Positions 25,020-38,338 are shown, counted from the first letter of the stretch. The stretch: DNA of 64,000 bases from Octopus sinensis (GCF_006345805.1 NC_042998.1:110174001-110238000), one strand, 5' to 3'. The notes: generated by a model from the sequence alone, not told the origin. Made by a program: numbers and translations.

Positions 25020-25250
25020 GAAAGAGAGAGAGAAAGGGGGAGGGAGAGAAAGGGAAAGAAAGTGATTGGGGGATTGATAGAAAGCAAAAAAGTGAAAGAG
25101 AGAGGGGGAGAAGAAGGAGAAGAAAAAGAAGGTGAAGAAGGGGGAGGAGGATGAGAAGAAGAAGGAGAAGAAGAAGAAGAAGAAGAAGAAGAAGAAGAAG
25201 AAGAGAAGAAGAAGAAGAAGAAGAAGGAGAGAAAGAATGAGAGAGAGAGT
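25020..25250. repeat. Purine-rich (GA/GAA) low-complexity tract
   Basis: Nearly all A/G on the plus strand, including (AAG)n. Confidence 0.9.
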
Positions 25251-26062
25251 GAATAACGGTTGAATTACATCAAAACGTTTTATATCGCTAACGTGCTTCA
25301 CCAATGGTTTTTATAATTTATTCCGTATATAAATACAAAACTGCTTCCTTTATTACTCTACTCCAATACCACTAACATACATACATACACACATATGTAC
25401 ATCTACGCACACATAATATATCTATACAGAGAGAGATAGAGGGAGTGAGAGAAAGAGAGAGGGGGAAGGGAATACATATATATATATATATATATATATG
25501 CGCTGTGAAATCCGACAAGCAACCTAAGTTCGATCTCAGTTGTTGGTCTCACACTCCACTCATATCCAGTGCCGTACGACGCGGAGCATCATATTATGGC
25601 ATACGAGCTGCAAAGCGGTACTGAAATACTTAAGACATATATGGTGTGTTATGTTTTATACAACACACCGGCGTTTCGGCGAATTACTCACTGGATTACA
25701 TAATTGTTTTTTTTTTTGAAATATTATATTATATTGTTAATTTAACTTTTCAAATTTAAGTGAAAGAGATAAATTCACAAGATTATATAAGGTTTCGGCA
25801 AGGAATTATGTAATGCTAGCAATAATTTACTGAAACTCGTGTATATATTATTAAGCTTTAAATACCATATGTATATTTTGTATCTAATTCATGCCATACA
25901 TACATATATACATACATACATACAAGTAATAGGTAATGCTAAAGTGTAAGTAAGCACCAGTGGTTCTGAGCATCTGTTTCAATACATAAATAATGAAACG
26001 TCTTCCTCTGAACGTAGAACATTTATCGACTAGATTTATTTCGTAGCATTGGCTTCTACTAC

Positions 26063-26097
26063 CAATTTTAGAGTGCGGGCTCTCCTGAACTGTCCCA
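26063..26097 (-). CDS. Candidate exon C
   Basis: gtatatttcag| 35 nt |GTAGTA (weak donor); GTVQESPHSKI, phase 2 in and phase 1 out, compatible with exon A. Confidence 0.2.
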
Positions 26098-26581
26098 CTG
26101 AAATATACACTAAATAGCAACGTTATCTCCAGTAGTACATTAAGTATTGCTGCTATACATAAACAAAGAGGACACACAAAAGCAAAAATATTGCTCTAGC
26201 AATTTACAACTAAAGGCATACTCTTATGTCGCAAAGAAAGATAGACGCTCTTGTAAATGTATTATGTTTCTTAAATATACAGAAGCAAAACAATGTAATA
26301 AAATAGTTTGAGAAACGAATATTTAAACACTTTAAAAGTATTTTATATCAGGGACCCATTCGTTGACTTCACGGAAACATCTGTTAATTCATCTCTGTTA
26401 GTCCGTCAAATATGGAATAACGACATCCATCTTATTTCTTTATTACCCACTAGGGGCGACACAGAAAGGGACACTAAGAAACATGGGGACATATAACATT
26501 ATAATTAAACTTTATGAACATGAATTGTTAAACGAAAAAATGATTAAATGAAAGCGATACCAACGGCCCCGTCCGTCAGCA

Positions 26582-27996
26582 TCACTTACCTGTCCTTTGT
26601 TTTTCATAGTCACTTGAATGTTCCTTGCCAATACGAATAAATTCCATATCCATTCTTACTCCGAAATACTCATCCATATTTTCCACGAATTCATCGCTCA
26701 TTCTTATATCTTTCACCTCCCAATTCTTCCTTTCACACCTCCCCATAAAGTCACCTATGTTCTTCTTTTCAATCACAGCATACCTAGTCTCACCAACATC
26801 ATACCATTTATACTCTTCCATTAGACTTTTAACTTCTTTCTGTTCAGTCATAGTACATATGTACATCCTGATATCGTTTTCAATCTCTTGTGTGTTTGTA
26901 TTCTTTTTTTTCTTTTGTTTTCTTGTTGGGGGGGAGCGGGTGGGTTCAATGTCTGCATGGGTAGGGTGGGACTCAGAGGGCGTGGGTGGTTTTGGGGTGG
27001 ATTGGAGTTCCATATTATTTTCTTTTCCACGTATTCTTCTCTTCCTCTTACTTCCAGCTTCCTTCCATTTCTGTGTATTCTCTTCCTCTGTTTCCTTCTC
27101 CTCTGGTTTCTGCTTCTCTCTCTCTGGTTCGGGATCCATTTCTTTCCCTGGGGGAGGGCAGAAGGCTCTTATGTGACCCCTCAGGCCACACTTGTAACAT
27201 CGTGGAGCCCTGCCCTCCACCCACACTCTCATGATCACTTCTCCCAGTCTGATGCTTTCCGTCAGGTCCACCAGTACCTCGGTCTCTGCCTGTACGTTCA
27301 GCTCCACTGTTACGCCTCTCCAGCCCTCGGACTTAACCGAGGCATGGAGAATATCCACTTCGTCCTCGTGGCCGCTGATCACAGCCGCCACAATCCATTC
27401 TGCCTCCACGTTTGGTGGCACTCCCTCCACCCTTATTCGTGTAATCCTCCTGTTTAAATACGTAGGTAACAGTGTTACCTTTTCCGACTTCACCGCCTTC
27501 GCTGCCATCTTCCTCGCTGCAGATTCACTTTTAAAGTGCACAACTACGGTCCCGTACTTGGATCCTCGAGTCAGAAAATTTATTTCCTCCTCAGTTCTTC
27601 GCAGGGCTTCCTCTATCCATTCCATGGATACAACTTCTACCCTCTTCCTTTCGTTTGCGCACACCCTGTAAACAATGGTCCTCTTATCATACCATTCTTT
27701 TCTCCTGGGTGTCGGTGATAGTTCCACCTCACCGCTTTCCTTTTTCATGTGTTTCTGGTAACTTGGTAGCTTGGCCAAGTCGACCCCTTTCTCTCCGCCT
27801 TCTTGGTTACACCGGCATAAGTATAACTCAGCTTCTTTTCCAAATTCCTCGCTGCCATTTCTAGCTCCTTCTCAGACGTAGGCGAGTCTGATAAAGACTC
27901 GAAAACTCCAGCCTTTTCCTCCATCAGCTTCACTGCAATTGCCTGTTCCAGTTCCTCATCTGTCGTGGACAAGTCTGTTGGAGACTCATAGTCCAT
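26582..27996 (-). CDS. ORF1p/gag-like nucleic-acid-binding protein, copy 1 (~471 aa after restoring one base near 27793)
   Basis: MDYES...SYTYAGVTKK...GTVVVHFKSESAARKM...RITRIRVEGVPPNV (RRM-like)...CYKCGLRGHIRAFC (CCHC knuckle)...WKEAGSKRKRR...extra C-terminal domain. Copies 2 and 3 carry the base missing here. Confidence 0.85.
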
Positions 27997-28330
27997 TTCC
28001 TTCTGTCTGACAGACCGAAAACGGCCGCCAAAACAGAAAAAAGTTTAACGCGCTGAACGAGCGAAACGCGAAACCGCGTCAACGCCGTTCAAAATTTCCA
28101 CAACAACAACCACGCTTTTTGTTCTTTTTTACCGAATTTTCAGGAGCCGAAAAAAACACAACCGACGTCAAACGAAGTGGTGATTTCTTTATTACCCACT
28201 AGGGGCGACACAGAAGGGGACACCAACAGACATGGGGACATAGAACATTATAATTAAACTTTATGAACATGAATTGTTAAACGAAAAAATGATTAAATGA
28301 AAGCGATACCAACGGCCCCGTCCGTCAGCA

Positions 28331-29734
28331 TCACTTACCTGTCCTTTGTTTTTCATAGTCACTTGAATGTTCCTTGCCAATACGAACAAATTCCATATCC
28401 ATTCTTACTCCGAAATACTCATCCATATTTTCCACGAATTCATCGCTCATTCTTATATCTTTCACCTCCCAATTCTCGCATTCACACATCACCATAAAGT
28501 CACCTATGTTCTTCTTTTCAATCACAGCATACCTAGTCTCACCAACATCATACCATTTATACTCTTCCATTAGATTCTTTCTGTTCAGTCATAGTACAAA
28601 TGTACGGCCTGATATCGATTTCAATCTCTTGTGTGTGTGTATTCTTTTTTTTCTTTTGTTTTCTTGTTGGGGGGGAGCGGGTGGGTTCAATGTCTGCATG
28701 GATAGGGTGGGACTCAGAGGGCGTGGGTGGTTTTGGGGTGGATTGGAGTTCCATATTATTTTCTTTTCCACGTATTCTTCTCTTCCTCTTACTTCCAGCT
28801 TCCTTCCATTTCTGTGTATCTCTTCCTCTGTTTCCTTCTCCTCTGGTTTCTGCTTCTCTCTCTCTGGTTCGGGATCCATTTCTTTCCCTGGGGGAGGGCA
28901 GAAGGCTCTTATGTGACCCCTCAGGCCACACTTGTAACAACGTGGAGCCCTGCCCTCCCCCCACACTCTCATGATCACTTCTCCCAGTCTGATGCTTTCC
29001 GTCAGGTCCACCAGTACCTCGGTCTCTGCCTGTACGTTCAGCTCCACTGTTACGCCTCCCAGCCCTCGGACTTAACCGAGGCATGGAGATATCTACTTCG
29101 TCCTCGTGGCCGCTGATCACAGCCGCCACAATCCATTCTGCCTCCACGTTTGGTGGCACTCCCTCCACCCTTATTCGTGTAATCCTCCTGTTTAAATACG
29201 TAGGTAACAGTGTTACCTTTTCCGACTTCACCGCCTTCGCCGCCATCTTCCTCGCTGCAGATTCACTTTTAAAATGCACAACTACGGTCCCATACTTGGA
29301 TCCTCGAGTCAGAAAATTTATTTCCTCCTCAGTTCTTCGCAGGGCTTCCTCTATCCATTCCATGGTTACAACTTCTACCCTCTTCCTTTCGTTTGCGAAC
29401 ACCCTGTAAACAATGGTCCTCTTATCATACCATTCTTTTCTCCTGGGTGTCGGTGATAGTTCCACCTCACCGCTTTCCTTTTTCATGTGTTTCTGGTAAC
29501 TTGGTAGCTTGGCCAAGTCGACCCCTTTCTCTTCCGCCTTCTTGGTTACACCGGCATAAGTATAACTCAGCTTCTTTTCCAATTCCTTGCTGCCATTTCT
29601 AGCTCCTTCTCAGACGTAGGCGAGTCTGATAAAGACTCGAAAACTCCAGCCTTTTCCTCCATCAGCTTCACTGCAATTGCCTGTTCCAGTTCCTCATCTG
29701 TCGTGGACAAGTCTGTTAGAGACTCATAGTCCAT
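28331..29734 (-). pseudogene. ORF1p copy 2 (several indels)
   Basis: Colinear with copy 1; frameshifts at different positions, plus a short deletion near 28575. Confidence 0.8.
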
Positions 29735-30094
29735 TTCCTTCTGTCTGACAGACCGAAAACGGCCGCCAAAACAGAAAAAAGTTTAACGCGCTGAACGAGC
29801 GAAACGCGAAACCGCGTCAACGCCGTTCAGAATTTCCACAAACACACCACGCTTTTTGTTCTTTTTTACCGAATTTTCAGGAGCCGAAAAAAACACAACC
29901 GACGTCAAACGAAGTGGTGACGTTTCTTGAATAACGACATCCATCTTATTTCTTTATTACCCACTAGGGGCGACACAGAAAGGGACACTAAGAAACATGG
30001 GGACATATACATTATAATTAAACTTTATGAACATGAATTGTTAAACGAAAAAATGATTAAATGAAAGCGATACCAACGGCCCCGTCCGTCAGCA

Positions 30095-31506
30095 TCACTT
30101 ACCTGTCCTTTGTTTTTCATAGTCACTTGAATGTTCCTTGCCAATACGAACAAATTCCATATCCATTCTTACTCCGAAATACTCATCCATATTTTCCACG
30201 AATTCATCGCTCATTCTTATATCTTTCACCTCCCAATTCTCGCATTCACACATCACCATAAAGTCACCTATGTTCTTCTTTTCAATCACAGCATACCTAG
30301 TCTCACCAACATCATACCATTTATACTCTTCCATTAGACTTTTAACTTCTTTCTGTTCAGTCATAGTACAAATGTACGGCCTGATATCGATTTCAATCTC
30401 TTGTGTGTGTGTATTCTTTTTTTTCTTTTGTTTTCTTGTTGGGGGGGAGCGGGTGGGTTCAATGTCTGCATGGATAGGGTGGGACTCAGAGGGCGTGGGT
30501 GGTTTTGGGGTGGATTGGAGTTCCATATTATTTTCTTTTCCACGTATTCTTCTCTTCCTCTTACTTCCAGCTTCCTTCCATTTCTGTGTATTCTCTTCCT
30601 CTGTTTCCTTCTCCTCTGGTTTCTGCTTCTCTCTCTCTGGTTCGGGATCCATTTCTTTCCCTGGGGGAGGGCAGAAGGCTCTTATGTGACCCCTCAGGCC
30701 ACACTTGTAACAACGTGGAGCCCTGCCCTCCACCCACCCTCATGATCACTTCTCCCAGTCTGATGCTTTCCGTCAGGTCCACCAGTACCTCGGTCTCTGC
30801 CTGTACGTTCAGCTCCACTTTACGCCTCTCCAGCCCTCGGACTTAACCGAGGCATGGAGAATATCTACTTCGTCCTCGTGGCCGCTGATCACAGCCGCCA
30901 CAATCCATTCTGCCTCCACGTTTGGTGGCACTCCCTCCACCCTTATTCGTGTAATCCTCCTGTTTAAATACGTAGGTAACTGGTTACCTTTTCCGACTTC
31001 ACCCCGCTTTCCCTGCCATCTTCCTCGCTGCAGATTCACTTTTAAAGTGCACAACTACGGTCCCGTACTTGGATCCTCGAGTCAGAAAATTTATTTCCTC
31101 CTCAGTTCTTCGCAGGGCTTCCTCTATCCATTCCATGGATACAACTTCTACCCTCTTCCTTTCGTTTGCGCACACCCTGTAAACAATGGTCCTCTATCAT
31201 ACCATTCTTTTCTCCTGGGTGTCGGTGATAGTTCCACCTCACCGCTTTCCTTTTTCATGTGTTTCTGGTAACTTGGTAGCTTGGCCAAGTCGACCCCTTT
31301 CTCTTCCGCCTTCTTGGTTACACCGGCATAAGTATAACTCAGCTTCTTTTCCAATTCCTCGCTGCCATTTCTAGCTCCTTCTCAGACGTAGGCGAGTCTG
31401 ATAAAGACTCGAAAACTCCAGCCTTTTCCTCCATCAGCTTCACTGCAATTGCCTGTTCCAGTTCCTCATCTGTCGTGGACAAGTCTGTTAGAGACTCATA
31501 GTCCAT
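30095..31506 (-). pseudogene. ORF1p copy 3 (several indels)
   Basis: Colinear with copy 1; C-terminal 212 codons open; private indels at 30735-31195. Confidence 0.8.
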
Positions 31507-32128
31507 TTCCTTCTGTCTGACAGACCGAAAACGGCCGCCAAAACAGAAAAAAGTTTAACGCGCTGAACGAGCGAAACGCGAAACCGCGTCAACGCCGTTC
31601 AGAATTTCCACAACAACAACCACGCTTTTTGTTCTTTTTTACCGAATTTTCAGGAGCCGAAAAAAACACAACCGACGTCAAACGAAGTGGTGACGTTTCT
31701 TGAATAACGACATCCATCTGCGACTGAGAGAGGAAGAGAGGGAAAAATTAAATTTTATTGTCAAACTTTTCAAATATGGCACGAAACGTTCGCATTTACA
31801 TAGATACGTTACGTGCTTTACGAAAGTTAGAAGATTAATAAGTAAATATGCAGAATAACACTGTATTCTAATTTGCATATTCAGCTCTCATAACGAAGGA
31901 AATCGACTTGATTCAACATTAGTTCCAGGGCGATAAATTACAAGTACCAAAAGCATTACCACGGAAGGCAACAACAGTGTATGGCCAGACACGGTATTCA
32001 ATCTACTTTTTACATATAGATATCTCCTTAAGACGCATACGGAGTGCATTATGTTGAATACAGCCTAGATCCAAAGCATACCGCTAAATCATGTCTGCAC
32101 GTATGTTTGTATGTATCTATAGAAGTGT

Positions 32129-32215
<87 letters not shown>

Positions 32216-32231
32216 CTTACCTACCTATCTT

Positions 32232-32301
<70 letters not shown>

Positions 32302-32891
32302 AATCCAATATGTGTTTGCATGCGAGTAAATATAGACATATGTATATATGTATATATACATGCATATGTATATCTATAGATATATGTATGCATGTATGTA
32401 TGTGTGCGTGTTTGTTTATGTATGAGTGTGTGTTTATGCTTGTGAGTGAATGTGTACGCGCGCGTTTACGAGTATGCCCGTATCTGATCCTGCTAATGTT
32501 CAAAACTTTAAAACGTGTATCTTTTATATTGAGTCGATATAAGTTCTGGAACTTAGTGGGTCAAAAAATAGTTTTGATATTGTATGCTACTGGGTGAAAC
32601 ACGTACATTTGTAAACCGGCATTTCTAATGTCAGAGTATATTTTTAACTGTTGCTCTCTCCTCAGTTTTACTGGGACTACATAAGCATGAATTTCTATTC
32701 GATAATTCATATCCACAGAAAACATGTTTTGTTAGACATTCTAAAACTGTGAATAATATTTTTTGTGTGCATCTATGCACGATCAATTATATATGAACGC
32801 TATGTATTTCTTTCTCCTCAATCGCTCTCTCTCTTTCTGTCTGTCTGTCTGCCTCTCTCTTATGTGTTTATGTAAAAACTTTTGTGAATCT

Positions 32892-32932
<41 letters not shown>

Positions 32933-33157
32933 CCTATACACATACTCACTCACACACACAGACACACGCATACGTACAAACAAATGTATACATATCCAAG
33001 AATTAGGGAATTGAGTAGATAAAAAGGTAAAATTCAGGCTAGATTTGTTTCATAGCTAACGGAACCTCGGAAGTAGTAATTATCCAAACGAGGAATAGAA
33101 TGCAAGCCACTCTTCAGGCTAAGGGATGCTTCGCATTAGGAGATCCCGTGCTACTTC

Positions 33158-33194
33158 GCAGGGGATTCGATCGAAATCCGATTGAATCCCCTGC
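33158..33194. repeat. GC-rich 16-bp hairpin
   Basis: gcaggggattcgatcg-aaatc-cgattgaatcccctgc (one G.T pair). Confidence 0.9.
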
Positions 33195-33233
33195 CATCCG
33201 GTTTTACTTTGCCTGTTTATAAGTGTCTAAAAT

Positions 33234-33302
33234 TTTACCCGAAGATGGCTGATTTTTGCTAAGAATGCATCAATAAGATGTAGCCGAAACAACTGTAGTA
33301 AA
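33234..33302 (+). ncRNA. Near-intact type I hammerhead-like motif
   Basis: tttac-CCGAAGA-t-GGCT...AGCC-GAAA-caactg-TA-gtaaa: 5-bp stem I and 4-bp stem II; U4>C in the core; stem III is one change from the palindrome ACAGCTGT. Confidence 0.65.
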
Positions 33303-34157
33303 TTTTAAACACCACTTCTGTTCTTGTTTCATACATACGCCACATATGGAAGCAACCCTGGATCGAATTTACGGTTTATGTTGGATTTTGTATATATATA
33401 CCTGCAGTATGCTACCAACAAATGACACCTAATGGTTGTTTTAACTTATTGCGAACTCATCGTTAGGAATCCCAGCCAATCCTGGCGTCCTACTTGTTGA
33501 TATGCCTAGTTTCTTATGAATCCTTTAATCTCTCTCTCTCTCTCTCTCTCTCTCCGTATACATGCATACACACAAACACACATACACACATATTTATATA
33601 TATAATTCTGTTTGCATATATGTAGAACTGGGAACACAAGGACTTCTGTTTATATCCATTACTAAAGCCATCAAACTTAAAATGAACTTCAATCGATGAT
33701 TGTATTGTCAGAGTTGCATATCTCTCAGGACACCTTATTTTCACTACGATGTTTAATCAAATATTCTTATTTTCCAGTGGTTTCTTGTTATTTATATCTC
33801 ACTAATAGCTACATTTCTACTTTACGTACATAAAATTGATGATGCTACTCTGTAAACAATCAACAACGAAACTGAAATATTGCTTAATGCCTTTAAAACA
33901 ATAAAAGATCCGTTCTAATCTTCATTAATCAATTCATTACCAATAAATTTGAGTAAATATGATACTTTACCGATGGCTGCAATATCATCTTTAATTCGAT
34001 AGTTTGGATTTTATAATTATTAACTCCATTTTTATTTACAAAAATTAAATATCACTAATTTTAAAGAGGCAATCATGAACATTCTACCTGAGGGTAAAAA
34101 GCATCTAAATTACCACCAAATCAAAATATATCTTCTTAAAAATGGCATGACACATTG

Positions 34158-34203
<46 letters not shown>

Positions 34204-34280
34204 GTATATTATATATATACATATATATACATATACATACATACAAATATACATACATATATACATACATACATATATGC

Positions 34281-34313
<33 letters not shown>

Positions 34314-34378
34314 TATACATATATATACATATACATACATACAAATATACATACATATATACATACATACATATATGC

Positions 34379-34428
<50 letters not shown>

Positions 34429-34584
34429 GAAAAACAACTACCTGTTATCAATTCAAAATGAATAATTTAATTACACCATCTAGAAAATTAAATATAATAG
34501 AAATATTAAAATTAAAATAACAATAAAATGCCAATGATTAAGTAAATTGCAAAACATAATAATAAAACGTATATAATTTGTAGA

Positions 34585-34710
34585 ACTGAAGGCAAAGATT
34601 ATGGAAGAATTCACCAACTTAAATAAGGATATCGCCCAGAAGAGTTGCAGGAAATTCTGAAGTCGTCGGGAGACTTTGGTTGAAACCAAAGACGATTTCA
34701 TGGAATAAAT
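34585..34710 (+). pseudogene. Tc1/mariner-superfamily transposase C-terminal relic
   Basis: ELKAKIMEEFTNLNKDIAQKSCRKF*SRRETLVETKDDFME* resembles the terminal ..AC..FR.RLEAV..A.G..E motif (from recall). Confidence 0.5.
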
Positions 34711-37700
34711 TTACTCGTTAGAATTTCAAGATGTTTCTACGTAATTTTTTTTTTATGTAATTTTGGTAAATATCTCTGTTAAAATGCGATGTCAGAATTA
34801 TTTTCATGTTTGCGTAATTTAGTTGACAGTTTATTCACCGCACTCTGTGTGTGTATGTGTGTGCGGCGCGCGCGCGTGTGTTTGTGTGTGTGTATGTCTA
34901 TGTGTGTGTATTTGTGTGGTGTGTGTGTGTGTGTGTGTGTGTGTGCATGTGAATTTGTGTGCGTGTGTATAAAGTATTGAGAATGTGAGCAGAACTCATG
35001 GAAGTGATCTGCTCTTATCTGGTTTAGTCACCTAATGTTACTAGTTACGTTTAACAGGAAATAATACATTCCATTGTCTTTGCTTTACTATCGAATTTAC
35101 TCACAATGCCGGAAAGTTACAAAATATCTTAGCTGACTCCGGAACAAAAATTACAAAACCAAGAAATTTAGTGAAGTGCAGCAGCTTATGCAACTCACAT
35201 GAAACTATATTACAAGCGTCAGAAAGAAAAGAAAACTATAAGAATGTAGAAAACTTATTGCAAAGGAATGAAAATAGTGGAGTCAGACAAGGCTTCAGTA
35301 TCTGTCTTCAAACAAGAGAGACTCGGGAAATGTCTTCAAAACTTAAAACGATTTGCTGACTTTGAAGGAGTAAGAATAAGATCTATTCTCGAAAGATCAA
35401 TGGTAAAATTTCAAGATGCGATGTAGAGACAAAAAATTAAATGATTTTAAATAATTCAAAACAAATTTCAAGTTCAATTTCCAGAGACACTTAGAGAACG
35501 TTTAACTCTTGCAATCTGAATAATAACATTCAAATTTCAGATAAGGGTATAACTCAGTGTTATCTTTAAGATTATCATAAGTAACCTGCACATAGAAAAT
35601 CGAAATACAGTTGGTGCATACATCCATCTTCTTAAGATAACGCACAAGCATCCATACACATACACAAGTCCCATATACACATTAGCACATATTTTTATGT
35701 ATAGGGAGAGAAAGAAACGTATGGTAGGGAGTGAAATTGATTATTAAATCAAAGAAAACAATGTAGGGGAATGCACTTAGAAACGAAAATTTGACAGATA
35801 CTTACGAGAAGTTGAAAAAAATAAATCAAAACATTTTTTCCCCAGTAAATTCTGCGTAACATATAAAATCAGAAACAAACGAAGAAACTAAAATGAGAAT
35901 AAAATTCGCACTTCAAAGATTTGAAACAAAATTTACCTTACAACGACTTCGAGCACGTATATTCAAAACAAACTCAGTAAGTATAGTAACATAATGAAGA
36001 AAAGAAATCACCAAACAAACGAATAGTAGGGCACATTAATATTTATTACATCTCTGGTAAAAGACTTAGAAAGAGTAGAATGAAGCAAAATCTCAAAATT
36101 TAAAAAAAAAGCAGAATTGTGATTAGAAGACTATGAAGCGAATTACAAAACAGAATTAGTGAAAACTAAAAGATAAGCAGTATAAGGAAACATAAGACCT
36201 TTCGTAATAAATTACAAGTCAGATCAGGAATTAATCAAAGGGTGACAGCGCTTAACCTCTTCTATACGGAAAGAATAACGAAAAGTAAACAAAACTTCAG
36301 TTGCACTTATCAAAACAAGCTCAGCGAGCAAAGTCTTCCAAACGATAGCAGGCCAAAATATGACGTCAAGCAGAAGAAAACAGTATAAATCTACTAAAAA
36401 CAAGTCAACATACCAAGGAAGATATAATAACAATAATACTAGACACATCAACAACTACAATCCAAGGTTTGTAAAAGTAGAACAAAAAGACAAAGTTAAA
36501 ACAATTCACAAAACAAAAATATTATCAGGGATACTAATGGATTACTAATGATACACAGATTAAAGGAAATCCTGTACCAACTGATCCAGAAGAAAAGTAT
36601 ACTATAAAAATATAAATCTGAAAATGAAAAGTTAATAGTTAGTAAAGATTAGTTCCACTATTCAGATTATTTTATATGTGTTCAAAAAGCTGAAGACACC
36701 TAAAAACACAATTTGTTTCACTGGTGTTTGTGTTATTCTGGCATTTTCTTAAGGGTAAAGAATAACTTGTATTTTCAGAAACTTTTTCTTCAAACATTTA
36801 GAATTGTATCTCAACGCAAACACACAAACACATACGCACGTACACACACAAGCACACACACACATACACACACACAGTGGTTTGGATGTTGCACTCACGA
36901 TGATAAACATGGCGGTTTTGAATACTGTGCCGGGTGGTGTGTCATGATCTTCAGTAAAACAGCTCTCAGGTTACTCTGCGATAAGATGGACATCAGACAG
37001 GTGGCACACTGTCCACATGTACAGGCATTGAGGATTTGAGGGAGGAAGTTTGCTTATAAACTTCACAAAGATTTGATCATTATAAATATATTTTCTGTGC
37101 AGTTTGACTGAGTAAGAATCAGCAGAAGCTCACCTGTCGTCTGCGTCAGGTGATTTCAGCTTGCATACGTATGTATGTATGTATGTATGTATGTATGTAT
37201 GTATGTATGTATGTATGTATGTATGTATGTGTATATATATATATATATATATTCGGATACATATTTAGAGAAAGAAAGAACGAGCGAGAGTGTGTATGTG
37301 TGTTTGAGAGAGACAGACAGATAGAGACAGAGAGAAAGAGTTTGATTGATATACAGGTATACAAAGGTAGATATAGACAAATACATAGATATTTAGCTAA
37401 CACTATTCTACATTCTATAATTCATTATCAGCATTCCGTTTTTTTTTTTATAATGTGGAGGCAAACGCTGATGATGCTGAAGTCATGAAACCTGAGTACA
37501 TAGAAAACATAACTATGGATCTTGACTACATAAAATGCAATGTCAAGTTTCTGAACTGCCTTGGTATAAATGCATAGCGCGAAATTAATTGTATTTTGCT
37601 GTATATGTCTGAACATTCGTTCACATATGTTTTGACTCTCAAGAATATCTTGTAATTAAAGATTCACTTTTGTTGATATATATCCAGAGAGGAGTCGTAA

Positions 37701-38338
37701 GTATTACAAAGTAGACAGTATGTTTTTATACCATTCTTATTGTTTTCATTTTCTTGATTACTGAGATGTAATGTCACGTTTTTAGATACATATATAATTG
37801 GTTAGTAGAAAAGCAGCTGTTCAGTATATGAGTATGTGTATATATATATATATATATATGTGTATATATGTATATATTCATATGTGCGTATGTATATATA
37901 TTTATATGTATATGTATGTAGGTATGTATGTTGGTATGTATGTAGGTAGGTAGGTGGATTTTTGGTTTAGGAATAGAAAAACTAATAACAAGGCGTAGAA
38001 TTCAAGATATGCATGCATTTGTTCCAAGCGTTAGTCGAGTATAGAGCGGTAATCACAAATAAAAATGACAAAGGAATAAATGATTATCTTATTAACTTCA
38101 CTTGCTTACAGCTGTTCCAGACCTATGAGATGAGGTGGAATACTAATTGAGTGGTTGAGCAACACCTTATAGCTTCATCGCAACTTCAAACATGGCATTT
38201 CATGTTTGAGGCTCTGATGAAGCTAAAACGCGTTTCTCAAGTACTCAGTTATGCCTCCACCGCACCCTATAGTGGAAACAGTTGTAAGCTAATGAAGTTC
38301 GTAAGAAAATCGTTTATTCCTTCTTTAATTTTCATATT

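Larger units (their letters stand above)
26433..31701 (-). mobile_element. Tandem array of three ~1.75-kb ORF1-only (HAL1-like) non-LTR elements
   Basis: Units 26433-28183, 28184-29928 and 29947-31701. The 18-bp repeat gaataacgacatccatct lies at 26415-26432, 29929-29946 and 31702-31719. CpG-rich 5' UTR, a single ORF, 3' end AATAAAGAAATA; no RT, endonuclease or LTR. Confidence 0.9.

Noticed and set aside
19748-26097. HSKIG peptide shared by two opposite-strand exon candidates
   Set aside because: Five residues among many frames examined is compatible with chance.
26415-26432. Shared target specificity between the ORF1-only element and the Tx1 copy
   Set aside because: The sequence following the 3' ends is AGATGGATG versus TATCTATCT, i.e. 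opposite polarity; one site each is insufficient.
26618-31374. Plus-strand ORFs overlapping the array
   Set aside because: Antisense shadows of the purine-rich ORF1; Phe/Ser/Leu-biased with no motifs.
26415-31719. LTR retrotransposon (gag-only) or CRISPR-like interpretation of the array
   Set aside because: There are no TG...CA terminal repeats, PBS or PPT. The 18-bp repeats behave as TSDs around 1.75-kb coding units, not as CRISPR repeats with spacers.
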